Counted from the stretch's first letter, positions 46,334 to 56,989 are shown. The stretch: 64,000 nt of DNA from Patescibacteria group bacterium (GCA_041660605.1 JBAZWB010000003.1:18680-82679), one strand, 5' to 3'. Program-made: numbers and translations. Notes: a model not told the origin generated them from the sequence alone.

Positions 46334-47731
46334 ATGCTTAATCCCGCAAGACAACAGAACGGACTCTCAAAAATTTTTATCTTGCTTATCCTCGGGGGCA
46401 TCGCCGCGATAATTTTAACCGTAGTTCTCGTAATATTCCAATCTCAAAAATCTCCGCCGCCAGCAAAAATCACTCTGAATATCTGGGGGGTCTGGGACGA
46501 TACTTCCGATCTTAAACCGATCATTGACGCTTACCGCAGAGCCCATCCTTACGTTAATATAAAATATTCGAAAATCAGATACGAAGAATATGAGGACATG
46601 CTCCTGAACGGCTGGGCCAACCAGCCGAGCACCGGCCCAGATATTTACGCTCTCCCCAACACCTGGCTGAAAAAGTACAACACCCGCGGCTTCATCACGC
46701 CTATCCCAAAAACAACCTCAGTCACGAATTACACTACCAGCCAGATCATCTTCAAACAGGAAGTCCAATACCAGGAGGTTACTGAAAATTCCCTGACTAC
46801 CAGCGATATCAAGCGCAATTACGTTGACTTGGTTTATGGAGACATTATCCAGGGAGGTAAAATTCTCGGCCTGCCGCTGGGCATTAACCCACTGGAGCTA
46901 TTTTATAACCGGAATTTGCTGGATCAGGCCCATCTAGTGCAGCCGCCACAAACCTGGGCGGAATTTGCCAGCGCTGTTTCAAATATGACCACCATTGACG
47001 AGCAGAACAAGATAGTCCGGGCCGCCGCCGCGCTGGGCACCAGCAATAACATCAGCTACCCCCAGGACATCCTGACGCTGCTGATGCTGCAAAACGGTAC
47101 GGTGATGGCCACCGGCTCAAAAATAGCTTTTGACAAGCCCTCCGCCACCGACGCTGCTTATTTCCCCGGCGAAGAAGCGCTGCGTTTTTACACGGATTTT
47201 ACCAGCCCGGAAAAAGCTGTTTACACCTGGGGCACGGAAATGCCCAACGCCCTTGATTATTTTGCGGAGGGAAATTTAGCTTTCTTTTTCGGCTACCCTT
47301 TCCAGGAGGCAGAGATAAAAAGCAAAAGTCGCGGCATAGATTACGGAGTGGCGCCGGTGCCGCAAATCAATCCGGAAAGTGAGATTAACGTGGCCAACTA
47401 CTGGGTTTATACGGTTTCGCACAAAGCCAGCAATAAAAGCCTGGCCTGGAATTTCTTGCAGTTTGCCACCAAAGCCAAATACGTCAAATCATACGTGAAC
47501 TCCACAAAACAAAGCAGCGCTCTGCGCTCAGTTCTCCAGCAGCAGATACTTGATCCCGACCGCGGCCCGGTGCTGCAGCAGGTGCTCACCGCCCAAAACT
47601 GGTATCACGGCAGTGATCAGCAGGACGCTGATCAGGTTTTACAAGACATGATCACCAGCGTTGTTACCAACGGCACACCTATAAAGGATGCTCTAATGCA
47701 GGCGGCGAAAAAAATAGATAAAAGTTATTAA
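46334..47731 (+). CDS. Membrane-anchored extracellular solute-binding protein (family 1), orphan
   Basis: LNIWG, GPDI, LFYNRNLL..PPQTW.EF, AWNFL. Confidence 0.88.
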   Translation: MLNPARQQNGLSKIFILLILGGIAAIILTVVLVIFQSQKSPPPAKITLNIWGVWDDTSDLKPIIDAYRRAHPYVNIKYSKIRYEEYEDMLLNGWANQPSTGPDIYALPNTWLKKYNTRGFITPIPKTTSVTNYTTSQIIFKQEVQYQEVTENSLTTSDIKRNYVDLVYGDIIQGGKILGLPLGINPLELFYNRNLLDQAHLVQPPQTWAEFASAVSNMTTIDEQNKIVRAAAALGTSNNISYPQDILTLLMLQNGTVMATGSKIAFDKPSATDAAYFPGEEALRFYTDFTSPEKAVYTWGTEMPNALDYFAEGNLAFFFGYPFQEAEIKSKSRGIDYGVAPVPQINPESEINVANYWVYTVSHKASNKSLAWNFLQFATKAKYVKSYVNSTKQSSALRSVLQQQILDPDRGPVLQQVLTAQNWYHGSDQQDADQVLQDMITSVVTNGTPIKDALMQAAKKIDKSY

Positions 47732-47753
47732 AATATTAAGGGGGAGATGAAAT

Positions 47754-49409
47754 ATGGGAAAAGGGAACCAAAAAACGTTTCTCGCAATACTAATAGTAAT
47801 ATTTTTATTATCAATAATTTCGATCCTGCTGCCGCGCCCTTCTCTGGCCGCTGAATATCCGTCGGGCTGGGAAATAATACCAGAAGCTTGCCTGGGGAAC
47901 CAGGGAAAAAATGATGCTCCTTGCGATTTGAATTCATTTATTCAGCTTTTTGTTAATCTAGCCGGTATTGCCATAAAAGTCCTGCCCTATATCGCCATGC
48001 TGATGATGATCTGGGCCGGGTTTAATCTGATTATGGCCGGCGGCAACCCCACTAAAATCCAGGAAGGAAAAAAAATGATTACCAGCGTCTTGCTGGGGAT
48101 CATTATTGTCCTCTTTCTGGCCTGGGCATGGGCTAATTTCGTGGTTTTCGCCCTGACCGGCAGCGTCAATGTTTTTCCCGGTTCAATTTTTTCCAAGGAA
48201 TGGTGGGGCGGCGGGAACACCAACCAAATAGAGCCGAATGCCGGCTGCTGCCCGGTGGCCGAACACGGCTGTATAGAAATAACCGAAGACGAATGCACCA
48301 ACCAATACACCAGCCGATACCCAGGCACTAAATGGAGGGCCGGCAGCTGCTATCCTGATGATGCGGCTTTCTGTGATAAGCTTAAAGTCGGCTGTTGTGT
48401 GCCAGAAAATCTGGAAGATGATATTTGCTATACACCTGGAAATAACGGCTGCCTGGACGCTCCGCAAACCAAATGGAACACCAACCAATGCGGCAGCGTC
48501 CAGCAATGCGATCCTTTAAAAATTGTCGGTACGCCACAGCCTGGCAATGGCTGCTGTGTAACGCCCAATAACTGCAGCACTCAAACATTTGGAGCCTGCC
48601 TGGGCACTTATTATTCTCAAAACTGCAGCCAGATCGCTGAATGCGGCCAGGGCTGCTGCGTCGGCAATACTGCCTGCAAAGCAGGAAAAATTGATTGCGA
48701 TGGTGCCTGGCAGAACGTTGCCTGTTCCACCCTGCCCGGCGATTGCCAGGCGGGCTGTTGCATAGACAACGATCCTAATAATATGGATTGTTTCCAATCC
48801 ACTTTTTCTGCCTGCGCCGGCGCGGCTGCAGCTTTTTTCCCAGGAGCAAACTGCGCCTCTGACCATGCCGGAACCTGCGCCCTTGGCTGCTGCCTGGACA
48901 CTTGTACCACCGGCAGGATGAACGATTCGTGCGCCCCTAACATGAGTTACAATAATTATGTCAGCGGTGCCAATGGCTGCGGCGATACTGCTGGCTTCAC
49001 TCCGCCCCAAGCAGCAGGCGGATGTGAATTAGGCTGTGGCCTCGCCAATGGCGCGAGTACCTGTCAGCGTAACGTCAGAAAAAAAGATTTTCCTGCTGAC
49101 CATTTTTGGCAGGATCTTGCCTGTAACGCCGGCGCGGCCAAAACCGCCTGCGAAGAGGGCTGCTGTATTGATACCTCTAATAATTACGTCTGCCTAGACG
49201 GATTCTCCCACCAAGGTTGTATAGATAGAGGCGGATTATTTTCCTTAAACACTTGCGGTGCCAGCCCTCAATGTTCCACAGGCGGTTGCTGCGTGTCAGG
49301 TGGAATATGCACCATGCAGACCTCAACGCAAACACGGGCCTATTGCGAAAATACGGGACCAGGCGGAACCTGGTATCCCCAGGCAGAGTGCTCTTCACAA
49401 GGTTGTTAA
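47754..49409 (+). CDS. TrbC/VirB2-like pilin fused to about nine Cys-rich GCC repeats
   Basis: IWAGF.LIMAGGNP.KI.EGKK.I....LGIII pilin core, then repeated GCC-x-C-x-C-x-[WFY]-x-C-x-C units. Confidence 0.8.
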   Translation: MGKGNQKTFLAILIVIFLLSIISILLPRPSLAAEYPSGWEIIPEACLGNQGKNDAPCDLNSFIQLFVNLAGIAIKVLPYIAMLMMIWAGFNLIMAGGNPTKIQEGKKMITSVLLGIIIVLFLAWAWANFVVFALTGSVNVFPGSIFSKEWWGGGNTNQIEPNAGCCPVAEHGCIEITEDECTNQYTSRYPGTKWRAGSCYPDDAAFCDKLKVGCCVPENLEDDICYTPGNNGCLDAPQTKWNTNQCGSVQQCDPLKIVGTPQPGNGCCVTPNNCSTQTFGACLGTYYSQNCSQIAECGQGCCVGNTACKAGKIDCDGAWQNVACSTLPGDCQAGCCIDNDPNNMDCFQSTFSACAGAAAAFFPGANCASDHAGTCALGCCLDTCTTGRMNDSCAPNMSYNNYVSGANGCGDTAGFTPPQAAGGCELGCGLANGASTCQRNVRKKDFPADHFWQDLACNAGAAKTACEEGCCIDTSNNYVCLDGFSHQGCIDRGGLFSLNTCGASPQCSTGGCCVSGGICTMQTSTQTRAYCENTGPGGTWYPQAECSSQGC

Positions 49410-49425
49410 TAATTTTATATTATAT

Positions 49426-49806
49426 ATGAAAAAAATAGCCTTTTTCTTAGGCCTGACAATACTATGCTCCGCCCTGCTAGCCGGTACATTTCTTATTCCG
49501 CATACGGCCTTGGCAGAATCCCCCTCTCTGCCTAACCCCCTGGGCAACAATGCCAACGGCCAACCAATGAACTTGGTTGACGTCATGTTGCGGGTTTTAC
49601 AAATCGCTTTGGCGGCTGTGGACATTTTCGCCTTATTTATGTTCATCCTGGGCGGCTTCGAATTCCTCGTTTCTGCGGGTAACCCCACTATGATAAAAAA
49701 AGCTAAGGACACTCTCATCTGGGCGACGCTGGGCATACTGGTGATTACCATGAGTTACACTATTTTGAAATTCCTGTTTGAAGTTATCCAAGATAAACTA
49801 TCTTAA
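49426..49806 (+). CDS. TrbC/VirB2-like (CPR-type) pilin
   Basis: LPNPLG, FILGGF..LVSAGN...IKKAK..LIWA.LG; true start at 49426. Confidence 0.85.
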   Translation: MKKIAFFLGLTILCSALLAGTFLIPHTALAESPSLPNPLGNNANGQPMNLVDVMLRVLQIALAAVDIFALFMFILGGFEFLVSAGNPTMIKKAKDTLIWATLGILVITMSYTILKFLFEVIQDKLS

Positions 49807-49812
49807 TAATAC

Positions 49813-49841
49813 TTGACAAAAAAAGATTTTTAGCCTATAAT
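49813..49841 (+). promoter_or_regulatory. Consensus sigma70 promoter of the putative major pilin
   Basis: TTGACA-17-TATAAT. Confidence 0.85.
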
Positions 49842-49915
49842 AGCGGCATAACAATATTATTCATTTTAACAGTTAATTTATCAATAAAACTGTTTACTGA
49901 AAGGGGGTGAAATTA

Positions 49916-50269
49916 ATGAAAAAAATCGTATTCGGCCTATTAACTCTTAGCTTATTGGTAGTCCCGATGATCGCCAGCGCTCAAGCCACAGTCAATAAAG
50001 ATTTGGGCACGACCTTTAACCTGGGTACGGCTGACTTAGAGTCCACTGTAATCAAAATTGTGCAGTGGGTGCTCGGCTTTTTGGGCTTAGTCGCTGTTGT
50101 CATGATCTTAATCGGCGGCTTCCAATGGATGACTGCTGGCGGTAACGAAGAAAAAGTTGCCTCAGCTAAGAAAGTTATTTCCGCTGCCGTTATTGGTTTA
50201 ATCGTGATCCTCTTAGCCTGGGCCATTGTCATCTTCGTTGTTTCTCAGACTCATAAGGTGACAACCTAA
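49916..50269 (+). CDS. TrbC/VirB2-like pilin, probable major subunit
   Basis: LGFLGLVAVVMILIGGFQWMTAGGNEEKV..AKK; SD AAAGGGGGTGA; own promoter and terminator. Confidence 0.88.
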   Translation: MKKIVFGLLTLSLLVVPMIASAQATVNKDLGTTFNLGTADLESTVIKIVQWVLGFLGLVAVVMILIGGFQWMTAGGNEEKVASAKKVISAAVIGLIVILLAWAIVIFVVSQTHKVTT

Positions 50270-50302
50270 TTCAAGCTTATAGAAGTTAATAATATATAGA
50301 TC

Positions 50303-50339
50303 CCCCCACACCATTTCAATGGTGTGGGGGTTTGTTTTT
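50303..50339 (+). terminator. Intrinsic terminator
   Basis: CCCCCACACCATT / AATGGTGTGGGGG followed by a T-run. Confidence 0.85.
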
Positions 50340-50366
50340 GGCAGGTTATTAAGTTAAAATACATGC

Positions 50367-52367
50367 ATGCCATTCATTAATGAGTTAAAAACGTTTTTCT
50401 ACAAAAACAATAAAAAAATTCTCTGGACAACGATTGGCCTTTATGTTTTGGTAATTATTATTTTTCTAGTGCAAAAATACCTGTCATACGGCTATAATGC
50501 CATTGATTTAGCCATTTATAATCAGGTGTTTTATAATTCCGCCCACGGGCATTTATTCCAGTTCAGCATCCATCCTCACTCATATCTGGGCGATCATTTT
50601 GAACTTTTTATTATCTTACTGCTTCCGTTTTATTATTTTTTCCAGTCACCCCTGACGCTGCTTTTTTTACAAACCCTGTTTCTGGGCCTGGCCGCCTGGC
50701 CGCTCTATCTACTGGCCAGAACAATATTAAATCGCCACTGGTCACTGATCCTAGCGGCGGCTTTTCTGATTAACCCGTTTATCTGGAACATGAATTTTTT
50801 TGAGTTCCACATACTGCCATTTGCCATTTTCTTTCTGCTATTTGCTTTTTATCATTACAAAAAAAATAATTTTTTACAGTTTTGCTTTATCGCTGGCATC
50901 TCTTTGCTAATCCGCGAGGACGTTTCCTTGGTAATCCTAATGTTTGGAATTCTTGCGCTGATAGAAAAACGAAGCCTTAAGTGGATACTGACGCCGCTGC
51001 TGGCCGGCGGAATTTGGTTTATTACCGCTTTTCAGCTGACAGGATATTTCAACAATTACGGAAGCTATAAATTTCTCGCTTTATACAATTGGCTGGGCGA
51101 GACGCCAGCGGAAATTATAAAAAATTTATTCCTTAATCCTTGGCTGGTGCTAAAAAATATTTTTACCTTTAATAATCTTTTTTCGGTACTTGGTTTGCTG
51201 CTGCCTTTGGCGGCGCTACCGGTTTTCAAATTAAAATACCTGCTGCCGGCCGCCCTGATCTGGATACAGCTTTTCCTCCTGCAGGCCAGCCCGACTATTA
51301 TGCTAGAAACTCATTACGCCGCCCTGATCATCCCTTTTCTATTTATCAGCGCCATCTACGGCTTGCATCGGGTGCTTCAGTCAAAAAACCGCAGTCTCCT
51401 GAAAAAACTGCCGTATTTTCCGTCAAAAACAATCTATTTAACAATTATCATTATTGCTTTCTTGTATTCCTGGGTAACTTTCAGTCCGCTGATTACCGCG
51501 ACCAGAGGTTTCCTCTTTGGCCAGGCGGATAACGCCCGGCAAATAATCGGCGATGAACAAATAAAATTAATTGATAACAACGAATCGGTGGTATCCAGTT
51601 ACGCTTATTTAGCGCCTTTATCCGGCCGTACCCAGCTGTATTCACTGCACTACGCCTTTGAAGGTAAAAAACAGTATTCAGACCAGGCATACAGGATAGA
51701 CCAGCCAATCGACAAAATGATCGTTGATTACCATGATTTCGTCATTTATTACCTCCAATCGCAGGGCCATGGGGTGGAAAGCTTACAGTATTCAACCGGC
51801 GCCGGCCGGATTGCCGGATTGATAGAAAAAAATAACCTGGGTTTGAAAAAAATAATTGATAATACCGCCGTTTATGAAAAAAATTATGCGCCTACGGAAA
51901 AATTAACCGAGGAACTGGACGTAGCTCCGGAAAAAATGATAAAAATAAACCAGTCGGAAGGTGAAAATCTGATCCTACTGGGGTGGGAATATTCAAATGC
52001 CGAGAATCTTTCCGGATACCAAATCCTGCCTTTGAGTCTTTATTGGCAGGCGGCAAATAAAATCGCAGATGATTATAAGCTGAAAATTTCCGTTACCGAT
52101 GAAAAAAATAAAGTCGTGCTGGAAAAATTCTATCCACTGGGCTACGGTTTGCTGCCGACCAGCCAGTGGCCAACCGATAAAATAATTCAGACAAACTATT
52201 GGTTCGCTTTGCCGGAAAAAATGAATCTTGCCGATCACCGCGTCTCGCTGCAAACAGTCAGGCTTGAGGGGTACCTGGATCTTGATAATTTGCGCTCAGC
52301 GGAAACAAGAATTACCAACCAGGAAAACATTGGTGAAGCCCTGGCTCTGCCTCATAACAATTTATAA
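50367..52367 (+). CDS. DUF2079-like GT-C membrane glycosyltransferase
   Basis: DLAIYNQ, LGDHF, FEFH, REDV, HY; C-terminal LSLYWQA..PTSQW domain. Confidence 0.85.
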   Translation: MPFINELKTFFYKNNKKILWTTIGLYVLVIIIFLVQKYLSYGYNAIDLAIYNQVFYNSAHGHLFQFSIHPHSYLGDHFELFIILLLPFYYFFQSPLTLLFLQTLFLGLAAWPLYLLARTILNRHWSLILAAAFLINPFIWNMNFFEFHILPFAIFFLLFAFYHYKKNNFLQFCFIAGISLLIREDVSLVILMFGILALIEKRSLKWILTPLLAGGIWFITAFQLTGYFNNYGSYKFLALYNWLGETPAEIIKNLFLNPWLVLKNIFTFNNLFSVLGLLLPLAALPVFKLKYLLPAALIWIQLFLLQASPTIMLETHYAALIIPFLFISAIYGLHRVLQSKNRSLLKKLPYFPSKTIYLTIIIIAFLYSWVTFSPLITATRGFLFGQADNARQIIGDEQIKLIDNNESVVSSYAYLAPLSGRTQLYSLHYAFEGKKQYSDQAYRIDQPIDKMIVDYHDFVIYYLQSQGHGVESLQYSTGAGRIAGLIEKNNLGLKKIIDNTAVYEKNYAPTEKLTEELDVAPEKMIKINQSEGENLILLGWEYSNAENLSGYQILPLSLYWQAANKIADDYKLKISVTDEKNKVVLEKFYPLGYGLLPTSQWPTDKIIQTNYWFALPEKMNLADHRVSLQTVRLEGYLDLDNLRSAETRITNQENIGEALALPHNNL

Positions 52368-53971
52368 ATTTGTACGTCGGGATTAGTATATACCTCCTGC
52401 AAATATTTTTTTGTGGCGGGATTATAGTCGCCTTTTTCCTTTTCTTTACGGCCGTAATACACGTAGTCAATATTGTTATTTATCAAAAGATCATTTTTGG
52501 CCTGAACCTCCAGGTCGCTCTGCCAAAACCAATCGTTGATCTCATATTTTTCCAGCAGGTCAATCGTCTGCGGGCCGTGCCCGATCCAGACAATCCGACC
52601 CGTGTAAGCGGGAATGAAATTACCCATGTAATAGCTGGAAAAAATAATTTGCTGGCGGCCGACATTCTGCTTCAGCCAATTCATGGCCTCAATTTCCGTC
52701 TTAGTCAGGTAATATGGCAGCGTTTTTTTGTTAGCATACAGCCAGATATCCTGGCCTAAAATTTGAATATTGGTCAGCGGTAAAAATACCAAAGCTCCAA
52801 TAATTAACCCATAAATATAAATATTATTGTTTTTACTTTTGTCATTTATTCTTTTTATCAAATATAAAAAGCCCAGGCCAGCCAGAATAGCGATGGGAAC
52901 ATGCAGCCCCTCTGACATGCGACGCTGGAAGGACACTGGGACATAAATTAACAAGGATGAGCAGAGTAACCAAGAAATGATAAAAATGCCTTTATTATTA
53001 ACTTTTTTAAAAGTTATCCACAGGCCAACCACAACTAGAGGTAATAACAATCCATAACCAATTAAATACATCCAAACGCTCGGCGAAGGCAGAATGTTCT
53101 GCTTCTCCCACTGGCGGGTAACCCAATCAGCTTGTGCTGTTAAAAACAGATACAAGACAATGGGCACGGGTAGGGCACATAAAATCAAATAATGCTTTAC
53201 ATGAGACCAGATAATTTTTTTATTTTTCCAAAAAATGAACAATAAATATACCCCCAGGACGGCGTAAACAGTTGGGCCGTTGAACGGATGAAACCATAAA
53301 AGAAAAAAGGTGGCAATGCCGGCTCCCAGACTATAGCGGATCTGATCTTTTTCGAAAGCCAGCAGCATTAGTAAAAACGTCAGCACTAATAAAGTCAGCG
53401 AGGCAATCAAGTGCGGGGAATGATACAAGGTCAAAAAAGTTACGCTCTCAACGACCCAGGTATCTGTGGGATGCTCATAAAGATTATTTACATCAAATAA
53501 GATAGGATTAAAAAATACGCCCAGGCCGGAAGCGAAAATAATAAAGACTAGAAACCATTTCCTTTTTTGTGGATCTTTAAATAAATACGCTAGAAGCAAA
53601 AAAATGACAAAGATAAAAATCGCCGCCCAGATTGATCTGGCCACGTGCAAAGTCAGAAGATTTGACATTTTGAATATCTTGCCCAGCCAGCCGACCGTCA
53701 GCCATAAAGGATTTGTTAAAATCTCATGCTGAGGCTCGCTGGTATATAAATTTAAAAAAGTGATCCGGCCCTGCTTCGCCTGCTCAATCATCGACATGAA
53801 GACATTGGTATCGCCGGGCGTCAGATAATGCAGGCCGGAGTAAACGGTGCCTGGCGGGGCGGTAAAGTAACCGTATAGATACGGCACGGCGGTTATCAAA
53901 ATAACTCCGGCAATCACCAGAGCAAGAAAAATCCATTCCTTTTTTGATATAGATTTTATTAATTCATTCAT
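52352..53971 (-). CDS. GT-C fold membrane glycosyltransferase-like protein
   Basis: D...F.S...QA..G, N.YT.E, PH, HP, FQRR and GH motifs; many TM helices. Confidence 0.75.
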   Translation of the reverse strand: MNELIKSISKKEWIFLALVIAGVILITAVPYLYGYFTAPPGTVYSGLHYLTPGDTNVFMSMIEQAKQGRITFLNLYTSEPQHEILTNPLWLTVGWLGKIFKMSNLLTLHVARSIWAAIFIFVIFLLLAYLFKDPQKRKWFLVFIIFASGLGVFFNPILFDVNNLYEHPTDTWVVESVTFLTLYHSPHLIASLTLLVLTFLLMLLAFEKDQIRYSLGAGIATFFLLWFHPFNGPTVYAVLGVYLLFIFWKNKKIIWSHVKHYLILCALPVPIVLYLFLTAQADWVTRQWEKQNILPSPSVWMYLIGYGLLLPLVVVGLWITFKKVNNKGIFIISWLLCSSLLIYVPVSFQRRMSEGLHVPIAILAGLGFLYLIKRINDKSKNNNIYIYGLIIGALVFLPLTNIQILGQDIWLYANKKTLPYYLTKTEIEAMNWLKQNVGRQQIIFSSYYMGNFIPAYTGRIVWIGHGPQTIDLLEKYEINDWFWQSDLEVQAKNDLLINNNIDYVYYGRKEKEKGDYNPATKKYLQEVYTNPDVQIYKLL

Positions 53972-53972
53972 T

Positions 53973-55229
53973 CTAAGTATACTGATTTATTTTTTCGCTG
54001 GCAGCGGGCGCTCTGCTAAAATTGATCCCCTTGAATGCCCGGCGGCCGATTTGCCAGATTAATATTACGAAAACAATTGAACGCACTATCACTATCATAG
54101 CAAAGATCGTAGAGCTGTGCCCAATATAATCCCAAACCACCGGAAACTGCAGATAATTCAACAGATCATAAAAGATAAATGCCCCGACTCCCTTCCACCC
54201 GACTGCTGACAGAATAAATAGCGGCAAAATCCATAGGATCCATTGAGGAGAATAATACGGTGAAAACTGTATATAAATGAGGATGAACAGCAGGCTCCAG
54301 GTAATTACCTTCTGCGGAGAAGTAACAAATTTCCGGAATATCTGGTAGCCAATATAGAAAATCAAGGGCAATATTATCTGCAAAAGCATCAGTGCCCAGC
54401 CCAAAGCGCTGATGCCAATATTATAAAGCCAGGCCGGCGTGAAGCTCTGCAATGAGCCCAGATAAACGGCATATGGCGCGCCATAAGCAAACCCCCTGGA
54501 AGACTGGAATAAATAGGGAAACAGGCTGTTGCCCACGCCGGCAAAAATAAACAACACGAGCATCGCAAAGGCAAACGGCGCCAGCGCAGCCAATAACCCT
54601 TTATTCAGATAAAGACGTGTCTTCTGGTAGTTAACCTGATTCAGCCAATAAAGAAAAAATATAGGAAACAATATGATTGCGTAACCCTTGGCCAGAAACG
54701 ACAAGCCCAAAAAAACAAAAGCCCAGGTAAAACGCTTGGAGAACAAAAGCCAGAGAGCTATCTGCACCAGCAGAACCGGCCAGATATCAAAGCGGTTGAT
54801 TATGTAAAATAGTACGGATGGCAATAAAAAAAGCCAGATTTTCGCCGGACTATTCCCCAGCTGCCGACAAATCCGGTAGGTAAGAATAACTACGCCGAGC
54901 GTGGCCAGTAAATTTAACAATATCAAGCCTAATTCATAGCCCAAAAAAGTTTTTGTCAGCAGGGCCGGGATGGCCAGATATAAAACTCCCAGCACCGGAT
55001 ATTCTATTCGCGTCATCTGGTATGGCCACTCTCCCTGCCTGGCAAACCCCATCCGTTCGTAGTAAACTCCCAGTTCCTGATCGTCGCGCACCAGGCTGAT
55101 GCCCTCGTGGGAGGGTGAAGAAAAAAACTTTGACGGCGCAAAGTAGCCAGCCAGCGTCAAACAAATAATCGCCGCTAGTCCGACTCCGATAATCAAAAAA
55201 TATTTGCTGTCCAGCTTTTTCTCGAGCAT
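53973..55229 (-). CDS. GT87-like glycosyltransferase
   Basis: PY...IEYP, RFD..P, K.Y, SPQWILW..P. Confidence 0.82.
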   Translation of the reverse strand: MLEKKLDSKYFLIIGVGLAAIICLTLAGYFAPSKFFSSPSHEGISLVRDDQELGVYYERMGFARQGEWPYQMTRIEYPVLGVLYLAIPALLTKTFLGYELGLILLNLLATLGVVILTYRICRQLGNSPAKIWLFLLPSVLFYIINRFDIWPVLLVQIALWLLFSKRFTWAFVFLGLSFLAKGYAIILFPIFFLYWLNQVNYQKTRLYLNKGLLAALAPFAFAMLVLFIFAGVGNSLFPYLFQSSRGFAYGAPYAVYLGSLQSFTPAWLYNIGISALGWALMLLQIILPLIFYIGYQIFRKFVTSPQKVITWSLLFILIYIQFSPYYSPQWILWILPLFILSAVGWKGVGAFIFYDLLNYLQFPVVWDYIGHSSTIFAMIVIVRSIVFVILIWQIGRRAFKGINFSRAPAASEKINQYT

Positions 55230-55237
55230 TGCGTATT

Positions 55238-56812
55238 TTATAACACTTTATAAATCTTTGCTTCCTCATCCTCATAAACCAGCTGAAAACCGGTCGCGCT
55301 CCTGACCAGCTTATCCATGGCATAATGAGTGCTTTCTACAAAAACATAAGAGGAATGAAAAGTTTCGCTGAGCTCCTTATGAAGATCCCCTGACCACCGG
55401 CCGAGAGTAATATCAACTATCGCCTGATAAATATTTTTGTCATATTCATAAGTAAAAGTCGGGTCCAGGCCGATGATATAATAATCTTTGGAATTATGAT
55501 AAAACAATACCGGGAATTCATCCCAACTGGAATGAAAAACAATATCCCCGTCGGCTGAATTTTCTTTCAGCCAGTTGGCGGAGGCGGAAAACCGGTCAAG
55601 CTTGATGCCACCCTGGAAATCCCGGTAAGTCTGCCTGATCTCATGAGTGACGATGGCGGGAAATATTGTAAAAAAGTAAATTACAAACAGGCTGACTACA
55701 ATTTTATGTCTGACAAAATAAGCTAAGAAATCGCGCCAGATTTGCAAAAAATTTATTTTTTTCATGTGCTCATTCAGCGCGAAGGCGACAAAAATTATGG
55801 TGAAAGGCACATAATACTCAACATAACGACGCGACTTCAGGGTGAAAATAAAAAACAAAAGCGCCACCAGAAACATAGTGATGGTTTTCTTGGAGGGTTT
55901 TTTAAAATGATAAATATTAATGGCGATAACGAGTATCAAGAGCGCGCTGACGAAAGCCGTGTTAGCCGTCAGGTCAAAAAATTTATTGGGATACCATTCG
56001 CTGCCCACGGAAATCACCTTCTGGTAATTGACTATCCCGATTTTCACCAGTTGGTGCCAGTAAAAATAAATATTCTGGGGAAAGTTAAAATTTACCAGCA
56101 GACCGGCGGCCACTCCTGCCAAAGAACTCATAAACAAGCGCAGCTCCCGGCCATGGCCAAGCATATTGCGGAAACTTCTGGCACCCTGAATTTTAAGCCC
56201 GTCATAAAGGAAACTGACCAGAAAATAAGCGCCGGAAATAAATAATATCAGGATAAAACCCCCATATGCCCAGACATACAGAAAAGACAGGATAAACAGC
56301 GCAGCCGTACGGTGCTGAAAAAGAAAATGCAGGCCCAAAATCAGAAATAAAATAGAAAAGGTCGGCGCTTTTATCAAATTAATTCGAAAAATAAACGGCA
56401 TGCTCAACAGCAGCACGAACGTAAAAACAAACGCCAGCTTTATCCGATATTTCCTTAAAAACCAGTAGAAAAACAGTATTAGACCGGTATTCAGTATGAT
56501 AGTAGCCAGTTTCGCTCCCTGGATGGGGTTCATAATCCTGGTAAAGGGCACTAAAAAAACATGATAAAGAAAATGCTGGTCAATGTAATTCTGTTTCAGA
56601 ATAGTGTCCTGCAGCCAGGGAAAAGACTTGATAATGCCCTGTTCCGGCAGCAGCAAGGCCATTTTTATATGGTAGAAAGAATCCGGATCAGCTAATGTCG
56701 GTACGGCCTGAAAAAAAGTAAAAAGCACAAATGACGATAATAATAGCACAATATACGAAATTACCACCCTCTCCCTGACCAGCCATTCTTTTATTATTGC
56801 CATTTTTGCCAT
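55238..56812 (-). CDS. GT-C fold (STT3/ArnT-like) membrane glycosyltransferase
   Basis: DPDSFYH, EW.P, RRY.EY, SWD..P and GLDPTF. Confidence 0.75.
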   Translation of the reverse strand: MAKMAIIKEWLVRERVVISYIVLLLSSFVLFTFFQAVPTLADPDSFYHIKMALLLPEQGIIKSFPWLQDTILKQNYIDQHFLYHVFLVPFTRIMNPIQGAKLATIILNTGLILFFYWFLRKYRIKLAFVFTFVLLLSMPFIFRINLIKAPTFSILFLILGLHFLFQHRTAALFILSFLYVWAYGGFILILFISGAYFLVSFLYDGLKIQGARSFRNMLGHGRELRLFMSSLAGVAAGLLVNFNFPQNIYFYWHQLVKIGIVNYQKVISVGSEWYPNKFFDLTANTAFVSALLILVIAINIYHFKKPSKKTITMFLVALLFFIFTLKSRRYVEYYVPFTIIFVAFALNEHMKKINFLQIWRDFLAYFVRHKIVVSLFVIYFFTIFPAIVTHEIRQTYRDFQGGIKLDRFSASANWLKENSADGDIVFHSSWDEFPVLFYHNSKDYYIIGLDPTFTYEYDKNIYQAIVDITLGRWSGDLHKELSETFHSSYVFVESTHYAMDKLVRSATGFQLVYEDEEAKIYKVL

Positions 56813-56989
56813 ATCGTTAATTATATCATTATCCGGCAGCTAAACGAAAAGTCTCCACCAAGCATGGTGGCGGAGACCGGTTTATTAAACCTTACCATCA
56901 CTTTACAACAACTAAAAATTTAAACAATAGCTACTTTTTCCCCAGCTGTTCCTTGAAACAATCAGCGCCGTGAAAGATGAATAATTATT

